The notes under the pieces were generated by a model. It had not been told where the DNA came from, made no database searches, and saw nothing but the letters and a program-made list of their open reading frames with translations. This document shows positions 47,742 through 57,314 of a stretch of DNA of 64,000 nt, piece after piece. Both the position numbers and the translations under genes were made by a program. The stretch spans positions 928,001 to 992,000 of the forward strand of contig CAVTNB010000001.1 in NCBI GenBank assembly GCA_963736005.1, read 5' to 3'. The number at the start of each line of letters is the position of its first letter. The stretch's first letter is position 1. The stretch comes from an uncultured Pseudomonadota bacterium (GTDB lineage Bacteria > Vulcanimicrobiota > Vulcanimicrobiia > Eremiobacterales > Eremiobacteraceae).

Positions 47742-48785
47742 TTAGATCCAGGCCGGGGCGGCATCGCCTGGAATGAGCGCGTATTTGAACCCGGTGCGAC
47801 TGTCGAGCCGCGCAAAAGCTTCTGCTAGCGATGCCAGCGGCAACACCTCGGAAATGAGTTCGCGCGCGGGCACGATACCGGCAATCATGAGTTCGCGAGC
47901 CCTGCGGACATCCTCAGGCGTAAAATGAAAGCTGCCGAGACAGGTTAGCTCTTCGTAATGCATGCGCGTCGCGTCGAGTGGAACGTGGGTGCCCTTCGGT
48001 AGACCACTAAAAAAGAGCACGCGCCCGCCAGGGGCCACAAGGCGTACCGCCTCTTGCCAAGATTCGGGCGTCCCGCCGCATTCAATGACGGCCGGGAACG
48101 AAGCGGCCAGCTCCATTGGTACCGAGTCAAATCCCGCCGCGACGGTGCGCTTTGCGCCAAGTCGGGCCGCCAATTCCAAACGCTGTTCGTGGCGTGCCAC
48201 AACGGTCGTCGCGATGCCGGCATGTTTGGCGTAGGCAAGATGGAGCAGCCCGATACTACCAGCACCGACGATCGCGACGCTCTCGGGTACGGGCGAGCGC
48301 GCATCGGCCCGTTCGAGCACGCTCCATCCATGCACGACGCACGAGAAGGGCTCTAAGAACGCGGCTTCGATGTACGAAAGCTGCTGCGGCTTCGCAAAAA
48401 GATTGCGCGCGACGATGTGAGCGGGCAAGCGAAGAAAATCCGCGTACGCGCCTAGTGCCATTCCTTCGGTCAGTCGTTCGCAAAGATTCTCCCGATCAGC
48501 CTGGCAGCGCGGGCACGATCCGCACGGTGCAGTTTGCACCCACATGACGGCATCGCCGACGGCGACACTCTCGACGCCCTGGCCGACGGCCACAATATCA
48601 CCCGAGGCCTCGTGTCCGAAGGGGCCAAAGGCAAGCTTGGGGTGTCCGCGGCGGTACGTCTTTAGATCGGTGCCGCAGGTCAATGCTGCACGAATTTGCA
48701 CGATAACTTCGCCGCTGCCGGGCTGCGGCAAAGGCTGCTCGTGCCACTCGAGCGTCTTGGGCGCAGACAGTACGGCTTGGCGCAC
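47742..48785 (-). CDS. Zn-dependent medium-chain (polyol-type) dehydrogenase
   Basis: TCGTDLK, FGHE, CGSCPRC...C, LEP, GAGSIG; GTG at 48785 just after the upstream stop. Confidence 0.9.
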   Translation of the reverse strand: MRQAVLSAPKTLEWHEQPLPQPGSGEVIVQIRAALTCGTDLKTYRRGHPKLAFGPFGHEASGDIVAVGQGVESVAVGDAVMWVQTAPCGSCPRCQADRENLCERLTEGMALGAYADFLRLPAHIVARNLFAKPQQLSYIEAAFLEPFSCVVHGWSVLERADARSPVPESVAIVGAGSIGLLHLAYAKHAGIATTVVARHEQRLELAARLGAKRTVAAGFDSVPMELAASFPAVIECGGTPESWQEAVRLVAPGGRVLFFSGLPKGTHVPLDATRMHYEELTCLGSFHFTPEDVRRARELMIAGIVPARELISEVLPLASLAEAFARLDSRTGFKYALIPGDAAPAWI

Positions 48786-48787
48786 GC

Positions 48788-50425
48788 TTAGATTTCCCAT
48801 TCCCAGGGATTCCACAACACGCTCACAGCGTGCGAGGGTTTGAAATTCTTGAAATCTGTGTTCAGTGCGCTGATTCGCCTGACAAAGTACATGAAGATCG
48901 TTGGCTCTTCGTCGACGAGGATTTCCTGGATCCTATAGTACGCAGCTTTGCGCGTTTGTTGATCGTTCGACGCGAGTGCGATCTGCTCTTGAGCATCGAG
49001 TTCGTGGTTGCAAAAATGATAGAAGTTTTGACCAACCGGCGGGAACTGGTCGCACATGAACTGCGTGGAATCATCCGGGTCGGCGCCATTGAACCAACCC
49101 AGAAAGGCGACGTCAAACTTGCCGGTTTGCAGCGTGCCCCCGCCGCCGTAGGTGGCGAAAAAGATGGGGCCGGCAACGATCTTAATGGAGACGTCAACAC
49201 CGACGGCCTTCCAATTCTGCTGGACAAAGATGCTATCTGAGCCGCTGCCGGTTGGAGTCGTAACTAATTCCACATGCAAGCGCTGCCCATTGCGGTAACG
49301 GTAACCGTCACTGGCCAACGCCCAACCATCTGCTTCCAGCATGCGTGCAGCGAGCTGTGGGTTGTAATTGTATTGTCGCAGACTCGGATCGTGCGCCCAA
49401 AGAAAGGTGGGCTGATCGCTGTCTGCGAGTAAGGGGGTGTTGTGATAGACCTTTTTAAGCAGCGTGATTCTGTCGAGACCGTAGGCAAGCGCCTGACGCA
49501 CGGTCTTGTCTGCAAGCACAGGGTTGGTCAGATTGAGGGCGATCTGGTCGTAGGCAGTCAGGGGAGTGCGATATAGTCGGATGCCAGGGATGGTCTGCAA
49601 CGCCGGAGCGTACTCGTATGGCATCGCAAACTCAGCGTCGACCTCATGCGTTCGAAGCTGGGTCATGATCGTGTTTGCGTCGGGAATGAAGTGCCAGTCG
49701 ATTTCTTTGATTTTGGGTGGTCCGCGAAAGTAGGTTGGGTTTGCCACGAACTTGATCATGCTGCCGTGATCGTAGCGCTCGACGATGAAGGGCCCTGTGC
49801 CGATGGGGTGATTGTTGTACGGCACGCGGTTCATGTCTTGATACTGCGATAGGAGATGTTTGGGTATGATCTCGATTGGCGTCCCACCCATGGAAAAGAA
49901 CGCCGAGAGAAATGGCGCGTACGGCCGGTGAAGGTGAACGTGGATGGTCTGGTCGTCGATTTTGTCGATGCGGGTGATGTCGTCATAGCCGACACGGCTA
50001 GCGATGTTGTTTCTCGGGTTCATGATTTGGCGCCAGGAAAAAATAATGTCGTCGGCCCCGAAGGGGGCCGCGTCTTGCCACGTGACGCCTTTGCGAAGGT
50101 GGTACGTGATCTCGAGGCCGTCCTTGCTGATATCGCCGTTTGCAAGCGTCGGGACTCGCGTCGCAAGCTCGGGGACCCACTGGTTGTCATTGTTGAAACG
50201 AAAGAGGTATGCGCCCCACAAGAGAGAGAGGTCGACCTCCGCTTGTTGGTTCCCAACCATCGGGTTGAGGTTATCGGGTTCGTCGAGCGCGGCCACACGC
50301 AACACGCCGTGAATCGTCCACGGATTTCCCGGTTGGCTCGTGGTTGTCTGCGTCGAGATCTTGGTGCAACCCACGCACAGGACAGCGAGGACACCAATCG
50401 CGCAGAGGACAAGCGATCGCCTCAT
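48788..50425 (-). CDS. ABC transporter substrate-binding lipoprotein, family 5 (peptide/nickel)
   Basis: Lipobox VGC, ITYHLRKGVTWQD, PIGTGPF, VRQAL. Confidence 0.92.
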   Translation of the reverse strand: MRRSLVLCAIGVLAVLCVGCTKISTQTTTSQPGNPWTIHGVLRVAALDEPDNLNPMVGNQQAEVDLSLLWGAYLFRFNNDNQWVPELATRVPTLANGDISKDGLEITYHLRKGVTWQDAAPFGADDIIFSWRQIMNPRNNIASRVGYDDITRIDKIDDQTIHVHLHRPYAPFLSAFFSMGGTPIEIIPKHLLSQYQDMNRVPYNNHPIGTGPFIVERYDHGSMIKFVANPTYFRGPPKIKEIDWHFIPDANTIMTQLRTHEVDAEFAMPYEYAPALQTIPGIRLYRTPLTAYDQIALNLTNPVLADKTVRQALAYGLDRITLLKKVYHNTPLLADSDQPTFLWAHDPSLRQYNYNPQLAARMLEADGWALASDGYRYRNGQRLHVELVTTPTGSGSDSIFVQQNWKAVGVDVSIKIVAGPIFFATYGGGGTLQTGKFDVAFLGWFNGADPDDSTQFMCDQFPPVGQNFYHFCNHELDAQEQIALASNDQQTRKAAYYRIQEILVDEEPTIFMYFVRRISALNTDFKNFKPSHAVSVLWNPWEWEI

Positions 50426-51330
50426 CTCGACCCCCTTGGCTCAGCAACCTGAACGCCAGCGGCCCGCTCGTAGAGTTGCGCGACCGCGCTGTAATCGAAA
50501 GAACCCAAGCCTTGCGAGGATGCCTTGGTATATTCTTGATAAGCAAGCGTGGAGCTTGGCATGGCCACGCCAGTTGCTTTTGCGGCTTCAAGGGCGGCGC
50601 TCAGATCTTTGCGGAGGAGATCGAGGGCGAAGCCGCCTTTGTGCACGTCGGCAAACCATGCTTTCGGCAACCATTGTTCGAGCAGATAATTCGACGCGGT
50701 GGCCGTTTTTAAGACCTCGCGCAGCACTTCGATGTTGGCGCCGGCTTTTTTCGCGAAAACCAATCCTTCAACGTTGGCGAGCATGATGTTTGCAATGATA
50801 ATCTGATTGACGAGTTTGAATGTCTCGCCCATCCCAGCAGGTCCGACATGCGCCGGCTTCCCCATGGCTGACAGAACCGGTTGGGCGCGGGCAAACGTCG
50901 CTTCGTCACCTCCGACCATGATCGTAAGCTCGCCTGCCTTGGCGCGTGCCGGGCCACCCGATACCGGCGCGTCGAGCATGCGCAGATTGCGCTGTTGGAG
51001 ACGCTCGTGAAACGAGCGCGATGCGACTGGAGAAAGAGTGGACATGTCGACGACGATGCCGTCTTCGTGCAGCCCGATCGCCGCGCCAGTGTTCCCGAAG
51101 AGCGCTTCCTCCACTTGCGGAGCGTCGGGTACCATGGTGATCACGACGTCACTTCCGGCGGCAACATCGGCTGGGTTTTCATCTTCTATGGCACCCTGTG
51201 CGATGAGGCGAACGATAGGCTCTCGGTTGATATGCGCGCAGATGCGAAGCGCGAAGCCGGCACGCAACAGCGACTCGGCCATGGGTTCACCCATCGTGCC
51301 TACGCCGACAAAACCCACATTTTTTATCAC
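50422..51330 (-). CDS. Beta-hydroxyacid dehydrogenase (2-hydroxy-3-oxopropionate reductase family)
   Basis: GFVGVGTMG, VDMST, DAPVSGG, KLVNQ, KDL. Confidence 0.9.
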   Translation of the reverse strand: MIKNVGFVGVGTMGEPMAESLLRAGFALRICAHINREPIVRLIAQGAIEDENPADVAAGSDVVITMVPDAPQVEEALFGNTGAAIGLHEDGIVVDMSTLSPVASRSFHERLQQRNLRMLDAPVSGGPARAKAGELTIMVGGDEATFARAQPVLSAMGKPAHVGPAGMGETFKLVNQIIIANIMLANVEGLVFAKKAGANIEVLREVLKTATASNYLLEQWLPKAWFADVHKGGFALDLLRKDLSAALEAAKATGVAMPSSTLAYQEYTKASSQGLGSFDYSAVAQLYERAAGVQVAEPRGSR

Positions 51331-51346
51331 AAGGCTAGGGTTCTCT

Positions 51347-51441
51347 GCGCGGACGGTAAGGTCCGCTGCTTATTGGCTGGCTCGGCGCTGGCCCGTTCGC
51401 GAAGCCGCGCGAATAAATTCGCGCGACTACCTCGCGACTAC
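51347..51441 (-). repeat. REP cluster (B at 51347, A at 51406)
   Basis: GCGGACGGTAAGGTCCGCTGC; CGCGCGAATAAATTCGCGCGACTAC. Confidence 0.75.
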
Positions 51442-51503
51442 GTTGGGGTGGGGGATCAGCGACGCGAAGAAACGATCGCACGCGCATTAGGTCAATGAAA
51501 GAA

Positions 51504-52925
51504 TTAGCCGCCGCCGGCGCCCACTCGATCCGCCCTGGGCTCTACCATGAGCGAGGGATCGAGGATCTTTTCAAGCTCCGCCTCGCTGAGCTTGGTCCGC
51601 TCCCGCGCGACTTCGCGTATCGTCTTGCCGGTTGCGGCCGCTTCTTTGACGATCGCCGCGGCGGCGTCGTAACCAATAATGGGCGCGAGCGAGGTTCCAA
51701 TGGCTAGGCCGCGCTCGACCATTTCAGGACCGCGCGTCGTCGCCTTCAGGCCATCGATCGTTTGCACTGCAAAATTGCGCGCTGCGGCCGCCAGCAGTTC
51801 GATCGATTGCACGAGATCGTACGCGACGAGCGGCATCGTCAGGTTGATTTCGAAATTGCCGCTTTGACCGCCGACCGTGATCGCCGCGTCGTTTCCGATC
51901 ACTTGCGCGCAGACCATGAGGACTGACTCCGCGATGACCGGATTGACTTTCCCGGGCATGATGGAGGAACCAGGCTGCACGGCAGGCAGATCGATCTCGC
52001 CCAGCCCCGCACGAGGGCCCGAACCCAGCCAGCGCACATCGTTTGCAATCTTTGTCAGCGACACGGCGATGGTCTTGATGGCCCCGCTGGCCGCGACCGC
52101 ATTGTCCAGCGAAGATTGCGACTGAAAGTGATTGCTGGTTTCATGAATCGGCAAAGCGGTGAGCGTCGCCAATCGCGCAGTCGTTCGCTTCGCGAATTCC
52201 GGGTGCGTGTTGATGCCGGTGCCCACGGCGGTGCCTCCCAACGCCACCTCCGATAGTTCGGCCTGGGCCTGCTCCACGCGCGCGATGCCGCGCTCGATCT
52301 GACCCGCGTAGCCCAAGAACTCCTGGCCGAGACGAATTGGAGTTGCATCCTGCAAATGCGTGCGCCCGGTCTTGATGATGCCCCAAAATTCTTTTGACTT
52401 GCGGTCGAGCGATACTTTGAGGATGTGGAGCGCCGGCAGGAGCTCTTCTTTAATCGCGAGCGCCGCAGCAAGATGGAGCGCCGTCGGAATGACGTCGTTG
52501 CTCGACTGCCCGAAATTGACGTGGTCGTTTGGGTGCACCTTCTTCGCCTGGACGTCATCGCCGGCATGCGCGGCTCGATGGGCGATGACTTCGTTCGCAT
52601 TCATGTTCGTCGACGTGCCTGAGCCGGTCTGAAAAATATCAACCGGAAAATGCTCGTCGTGCTTCCCTTGTGCGACTTCCTCGGCGGCGGCGGCAATTCG
52701 GGCGGCGATCGACTTGTCGATGAGCCCAAGCTCGGCGTTGGTCTGGGCGGCAGCCAGTTTGATGAGGCCTAAAGCGCGGATGAACCGGCGCGGCAAGCGC
52801 ATGCTGCTGATCGGAAAATTGAGGACGGCTCGGTGCGTGCTGGCCCCATACATGGCCGATGCGGGCACCTGCATTTCGCCCATGGAGTCACGCTCCGTGC
52901 GGGTACCGATGCTCTTGTCCTTCAT
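51504..52925 (-). CDS. fumC: Class II fumarate hydratase
   Basis: FQTGSGTSTNMNANE, HPNDHVN, GRTHLQDATP, GSSIMPGKVNP. Confidence 0.93.
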   Translation of the reverse strand: MKDKSIGTRTERDSMGEMQVPASAMYGASTHRAVLNFPISSMRLPRRFIRALGLIKLAAAQTNAELGLIDKSIAARIAAAAEEVAQGKHDEHFPVDIFQTGSGTSTNMNANEVIAHRAAHAGDDVQAKKVHPNDHVNFGQSSNDVIPTALHLAAALAIKEELLPALHILKVSLDRKSKEFWGIIKTGRTHLQDATPIRLGQEFLGYAGQIERGIARVEQAQAELSEVALGGTAVGTGINTHPEFAKRTTARLATLTALPIHETSNHFQSQSSLDNAVAASGAIKTIAVSLTKIANDVRWLGSGPRAGLGEIDLPAVQPGSSIMPGKVNPVIAESVLMVCAQVIGNDAAITVGGQSGNFEINLTMPLVAYDLVQSIELLAAAARNFAVQTIDGLKATTRGPEMVERGLAIGTSLAPIIGYDAAAAIVKEAAATGKTIREVARERTKLSEAELEKILDPSLMVEPRADRVGAGGG

Positions 52926-53023
52926 TATACCTACTCCGCAAATGTCCGATGACTATAGGGGGAAGCATGCCGTTCGTCACTGCGCGCGACGTGCTCCTGG
53001 GAATGAGGGCGACAGAGGTCGCG

Positions 53024-54565
53024 ATGCGAGACACCGAGCCGAGCAATTCTGGGTCTTTGTTCGAGTTTAGCGAGCCTGGCGGCAGCAAACATTGGGTTGC
53101 CACGCCCGGCAAGCAGACGACGTTCCCTCTTTCCATCCGTAACGAGACGGGCGAGGGGCACGACGTCACCGTCATCGTCGAAGAGCCAGCGAATTGGGCG
53201 TGGGCCGATCCCCATCGGGTGACGCTCGATCCCGGCAATAGCACGACCGTTTCAATCGTTTTCGCCCCGCAAATGGAAACCACCGTGGCTGCTGGAGTGC
53301 ATCAGGCTGCAATCCGGCTGCGCGACTTGGAAGGCGTCATTTTTGCGGAGTGCGTGCGTCCATTTGAAGTTGAAGAACGCCAAGAACTCGCGATGACCGT
53401 GACCCTACGGGGTCCGCTGATGAGCTTCGGCATGGCTGAGGGGTTCGTGCTCCACTGCACGCTCGAGAATCGCGGGAATGTCGACGTCAGCGTGACGCCG
53501 GTGGGAGATCCGCATCCAGCCTTGACGTTTAGCAAGCGCACTGTCTCTGTGCCATTCCAAGGTCAAGTCGCTTTCGACATCGAGGTGCGGTGGAATGCCG
53601 CGCGCCGCACGAACCATCCCGATGTCGTGAGCTTGCGCGCGCGATATCGCGACGGAGAAGCGTGCGCCTCAATTCAATGGCGCTCCATCGGCGAGGCGCT
53701 GGAACCATTCATGCCGATCTATTCGACCGCGGATGAGGAAGACGAGCTGCTTTCGCTCTCATGGCTGCCTCAACCGGGCGAAGACGTCCTCAATCGCAAG
53801 GTCCCGGATTTCGTACCCGAAGAGTCTGAAACCGAGAGCATTCAGTTGGCGGCCTCGGTGCCCGATCAAAACGGTGCGGGAGAGGCAGCCATGGCGCCCT
53901 CAGCCGCGCCAACCGGACCACCACCCGAGATCGCAGCCGCCCGCCGCGCCGCTGCGCACGCGCCTGCCAAGCGGATCAGCCCATGGTGGCCCGTCTTTCA
54001 GTACCTCAGTGGCAAATGGCGGGCCAAGCCGCTTCCCATTCTCATGTTGATCATTGCGGCTGAGGGGTTCGTGATCGGCATGACGCAGGCGCAGCGCGAC
54101 TATTATGCATCTCCAGAGCTGACGAGCCGAGTACCCACGATCAACCGTGCGTTTAGCGCGAGCTCTCATGCTGCGTCGGCGCTCCTAGGGTTCGGCAAGA
54201 AGGCGATTGCCGTGACCATCACGGAGGGTGGCAAGCTCGCACGCGACCTTCACTTTGGCAAGCATGCGACCGCGGCGGCGCTTGTGTCCGGACCGCCGGC
54301 GCTGTGGGGCCTCTCGGCGCATTACGAGACTCCTCGCGCGATGGTGGTCTCGTTCAACGAGGTGCATTGCTCGAATCTCATGCTGCTCGTCGCGTCTGGC
54401 CGCAAGATCATCTACCACAAACATTTGACTGACACGACAGCGACAGTTCCGATTCCCACAGGATTGACCGAACCCGTGCGTGTGACGGTATCGGCGCAAG
54501 CGCCTGGAGGCCTCGAGCTGCGACAGCACGTCTATCTGGCGCCCCCCTTCGCAACCCGCGGCTAG
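53024..54565 (+). CDS. Membrane protein with N-terminal Ig-like repeats
   Basis: Two repeats of the IRNE/LENRGN Ig-like pattern, acidic/Pro linker, one TM helix; start uncertain. Confidence 0.6.
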   Translation: MRDTEPSNSGSLFEFSEPGGSKHWVATPGKQTTFPLSIRNETGEGHDVTVIVEEPANWAWADPHRVTLDPGNSTTVSIVFAPQMETTVAAGVHQAAIRLRDLEGVIFAECVRPFEVEERQELAMTVTLRGPLMSFGMAEGFVLHCTLENRGNVDVSVTPVGDPHPALTFSKRTVSVPFQGQVAFDIEVRWNAARRTNHPDVVSLRARYRDGEACASIQWRSIGEALEPFMPIYSTADEEDELLSLSWLPQPGEDVLNRKVPDFVPEESETESIQLAASVPDQNGAGEAAMAPSAAPTGPPPEIAAARRAAAHAPAKRISPWWPVFQYLSGKWRAKPLPILMLIIAAEGFVIGMTQAQRDYYASPELTSRVPTINRAFSASSHAASALLGFGKKAIAVTITEGGKLARDLHFGKHATAAALVSGPPALWGLSAHYETPRAMVVSFNEVHCSNLMLLVASGRKIIYHKHLTDTTATVPIPTGLTEPVRVTVSAQAPGGLELRQHVYLAPPFATRG

Positions 54566-54597
54566 GGTGCTACGGCCAGAGAGGCTTGCCTAGGCGA

Positions 54598-54665
54598 ATG
54601 TAGTCGCGCGAATTCATTCGCGTGTCAATTTGGACACGGTCGCAAATAAATTTGCGACACTACAT
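54598..54665. repeat. Inverted REP family A doublet (REPIN-like)
   Basis: ATGTAGTCGCGCGAATTCATTCGCG...GTCGCAAATAAATTTGCGACACTACAT between convergent genes. Confidence 0.8.
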
Positions 54666-55237
54666 TATGTCGGGAGAGGTTTGCCTGGGCGGCGGAAGGT
54701 CAAGACCTCCGTGCCGATAGGAAGCTTCGGTACGATCTCGCCAACAAACCCAAGCGCGCCCGCAAGAGACGGAGCATCCAGGCCCGATGCGGCTGCAACG
54801 TCTTCGTAGTACACACCGAAATGGGGGAGAGCGTGTGCATCGACGAACTCGGTCGCCAACGCATCGAAATCCTCATCATCCGATCCGCCAGCTTCAAGCG
54901 GCTGGCCTTCCCAGTATTTGGTAAACGACCAGGTGCCTTCTGCATCGCTGTACGTCAGCAACAGCGCCTCGGTCTGCAACAGTTCGGAGAGGCCTTCTGC
55001 CAGACCGCCGTCGTCCAGCGAACGGCTGTCCTCGAGCACGGTGACCCAACCGTCATGTTCTGGCATGAGAGCAAAGCTGCGAATGCGTTTGTGGGCCGTC
55101 GACGTGTCTGGGGTCGGCTCGAGTCCTCGCTCGCTTGTCGGCAGACGCTCGCTCTCGCTCATCAGCTCGATCAGTGCCTGGCGCACGCGGCTGAAATCAA
55201 CATCGCGAACGTAGACCGTGCTAAAGTGAAAGCCCAT
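54665..55237 (-). CDS. Acidic hypothetical protein
   Basis: 190 aa, starts 5 nt after the ProDH stop. Confidence 0.7.
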   Translation of the reverse strand: MGFHFSTVYVRDVDFSRVRQALIELMSESERLPTSERGLEPTPDTSTAHKRIRSFALMPEHDGWVTVLEDSRSLDDGGLAEGLSELLQTEALLLTYSDAEGTWSFTKYWEGQPLEAGGSDDEDFDALATEFVDAHALPHFGVYYEDVAAASGLDAPSLAGALGFVGEIVPKLPIGTEVLTFRRPGKPLPT

Positions 55238-55242
55238 CGTCT

Positions 55243-56132
55243 CTACCGTCCGAACAGATTGCGCATAACGAACCAGACATTTTCTTTGCGCTCTGCCAAG
55301 CGCCGATAGAAATACCCTGCCCAGTGCGTGCCGAATGGTACGTAGACGCGCATACGGTATCCTTCGCGAACGATAGCACGCTGTGCGTCCGCTCGGATGC
55401 CATACAGCATCTGGAATTCAAAGGCGTCTCGGCGGATGCTTTCACGATCGGCAAACGCTTTGACGGCGTCGATGAGCAAATCGTCATGGGTGGCGATGCC
55501 AGGGTAGGTCCCCGAGCTTAACAAGCGCTGTGCCAGCTGCATGTAATTGCGACGAATGAGCGGCATTTCTTGGATGGCGATTTCCTTGGGTTCCTTGTAT
55601 GCTCCCTTGCACAACCGCGCCCTCAGATTCCGTTTGATAATCCTCTCTACATCCTGGGCTGCGCGATAAAGATAGGCTTGAACGACCGGTCCCACGTGGT
55701 CGTAGGTTTCGAGAGCTCGATCGAGGATTCGATAGGTCGAGTCAACGGTAGCCGATCCCTCCATGTCGAGACGGATGAACATCGAGTGAGGACGCGCGCG
55801 CGCGATCACGCGCGCAAGATTGGCGACGGCGAGCTCCTCATCAATTGATTGTCCGATCGCAGAGAGTTTGACCGACACGTTGGCTTCGAGGCCATCGCCT
55901 GCAATGCGATCGATCGTCTCGCAATAGATCGCCGAATTCTTCGCGGCTTCTACTTCATGGTGAACGTCCTCCCCGAGAAAGTCGAGCGAAGCAGAGAGTC
56001 CCTGCGCGTTAAGCCTTTTGACGGCTTCGATCGCATCATCCACCCGCTCGCCGGCCACGAACCGGCGGGCAAGAAAAAGAGCCGCCGCTGCAGCCCAGGG
56101 TTGGCGTTGAGAACGTCGGCGAAAGTCGCCAT
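55243..56132 (-). CDS. Monofunctional proline dehydrogenase with apparent frameshift near 56070-56078
   Basis: LDFLGE, SVKLS, RLDME, QAYL, RLCKGAY, ATHD, EFQMLYG, YVPFG, RRLAE; ATG 56132 joins ARRFVAGE only if one base is added. Confidence 0.88.
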
Positions 56133-56137
56133 CGCGC

Positions 56138-56596
56138 CTATTTCAGATAGCGACGGCCCGCAGCCGAGACCAGCTCGGCTGGAGTTGTCCACACGATCGC
56201 GTGCACTGGGCCCGAAGTAATCTGAACTTGAACTTCAAGGTCTTGATGATCTCGATATGAGAACTGCGCAACGCGCTTCACCACGGCCTGGGTGCCATTT
56301 GAAAACTCAAGCGAGCGCGCCAGCACTTGCGCCATCTTGCTTTGGTATGCTTCATAGCTTGCCGACCCAAACGATGCGTCGATCGTGCTGCGCAGGTAGG
56401 CCTCGAGTGAGCTTTGATTCGGATAGGCCCACGCTTTTGTCTGACCGCCGGCAGAACCGTCGAAGCGAACGTTGTCGTTGACCGCGGGGGTGCTCGAATA
56501 CGGATTCGTCGCCGCCAACGACACCGCTGCACATGCTAACGTGGCAACAGCGGCTGCGCTGAGGGCGGCAATGGAGCGAACGAGTGGGTGCTTCAT
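56138..56596 (-). CDS. Secreted hypothetical protein
   Basis: Ala-rich signal peptide ending SLA. Confidence 0.7.
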   Translation of the reverse strand: MKHPLVRSIAALSAAAVATLACAAVSLAATNPYSSTPAVNDNVRFDGSAGGQTKAWAYPNQSSLEAYLRSTIDASFGSASYEAYQSKMAQVLARSLEFSNGTQAVVKRVAQFSYRDHQDLEVQVQITSGPVHAIVWTTPAELVSAAGRRYLK

Positions 56597-56609
56597 TCGT
56601 CGTGGTACC

Positions 56610-57239
56610 TCATGGTCCGTAGGTGGGAGTGACCGTTGGTTCTGCAGTTCCTAGAGGCTGGGGTGCCTGCGTGGAACCGAGATAAGGCGTCGGTGTGGCT
56701 ACAGGCGTCGCCGCCGGTTGCGTGGGCTGCATGGAATGTCCTATTGGCAGTCCTCCACACAAGGTTGTGAGGGAATTGCGTGCGTCGTAGTATGCCCGTT
56801 GGCCCGCGCTTCGTGAGTAGGTCGCAAGGTATCCCACGCCAGCCCAGACTGCAAGCATTTGTTCGTAGATAGAGGCTTTATTGTTCTCCACGGCCCCGTA
56901 GGTGATGTAGACTGATGGATGCGAACCGCATACGGTCGTGCGCTGCACCGCACCAATCTTTGCGTTCGGCAGTTGGCCGATCTGAGCAAGTTGGATTTGC
57001 GTAAAATCCGAGAGTGAACCTGTGAATTGCATCGCCGATACGCTGATGCTCTGGCCGTCGCTCGGATGAAGCCAGACACCGCGCCCGATCCCAAGGTTTT
57101 GGGTCTTGTGCCAGCCGGGTGGAGGCTGGAAAACATTGTTTGCGGCGCTTCCTTGCTGCCCGCCCACCGCCAACGCAATGCCAACCACCGCTGCGGTGGC
57201 GGTCGCGATAGCGATGAAGTTTCGAAGCCGATCTTGCAT
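56610..57239 (-). CDS. Secreted hypothetical protein with PT-rich tail
   Basis: GGGAG RBS before ATG 57239; signal peptide; PPPGW; two Cys. Confidence 0.7.
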   Translation of the reverse strand: MQDRLRNFIAIATATAAVVGIALAVGGQQGSAANNVFQPPPGWHKTQNLGIGRGVWLHPSDGQSISVSAMQFTGSLSDFTQIQLAQIGQLPNAKIGAVQRTTVCGSHPSVYITYGAVENNKASIYEQMLAVWAGVGYLATYSRSAGQRAYYDARNSLTTLCGGLPIGHSMQPTQPAATPVATPTPYLGSTQAPQPLGTAEPTVTPTYGP

Positions 57240-57262
57240 GCCGATCGCTCCCTTTTTGCGTT

Positions 57263-57314
57263 GGGCGACTTGACCGTCGCCCCCGACAAGCGGACCTAAA
57301 GGTCCGCTGCTACA
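57263..57314 (-). repeat. REP D plus REP B; B encodes the last codons and stop of the MOSC gene
   Basis: Minus strand GTA GCA GCG GAC CTT TAG = VAADL*. Confidence 0.85.

Noticed and set aside
37341..56078. Programmed ribosomal frameshifting at the four frameshift sites
   Set aside because: No slippery heptamer at the sites and the genes are unrelated; single-base assembly indels are simpler
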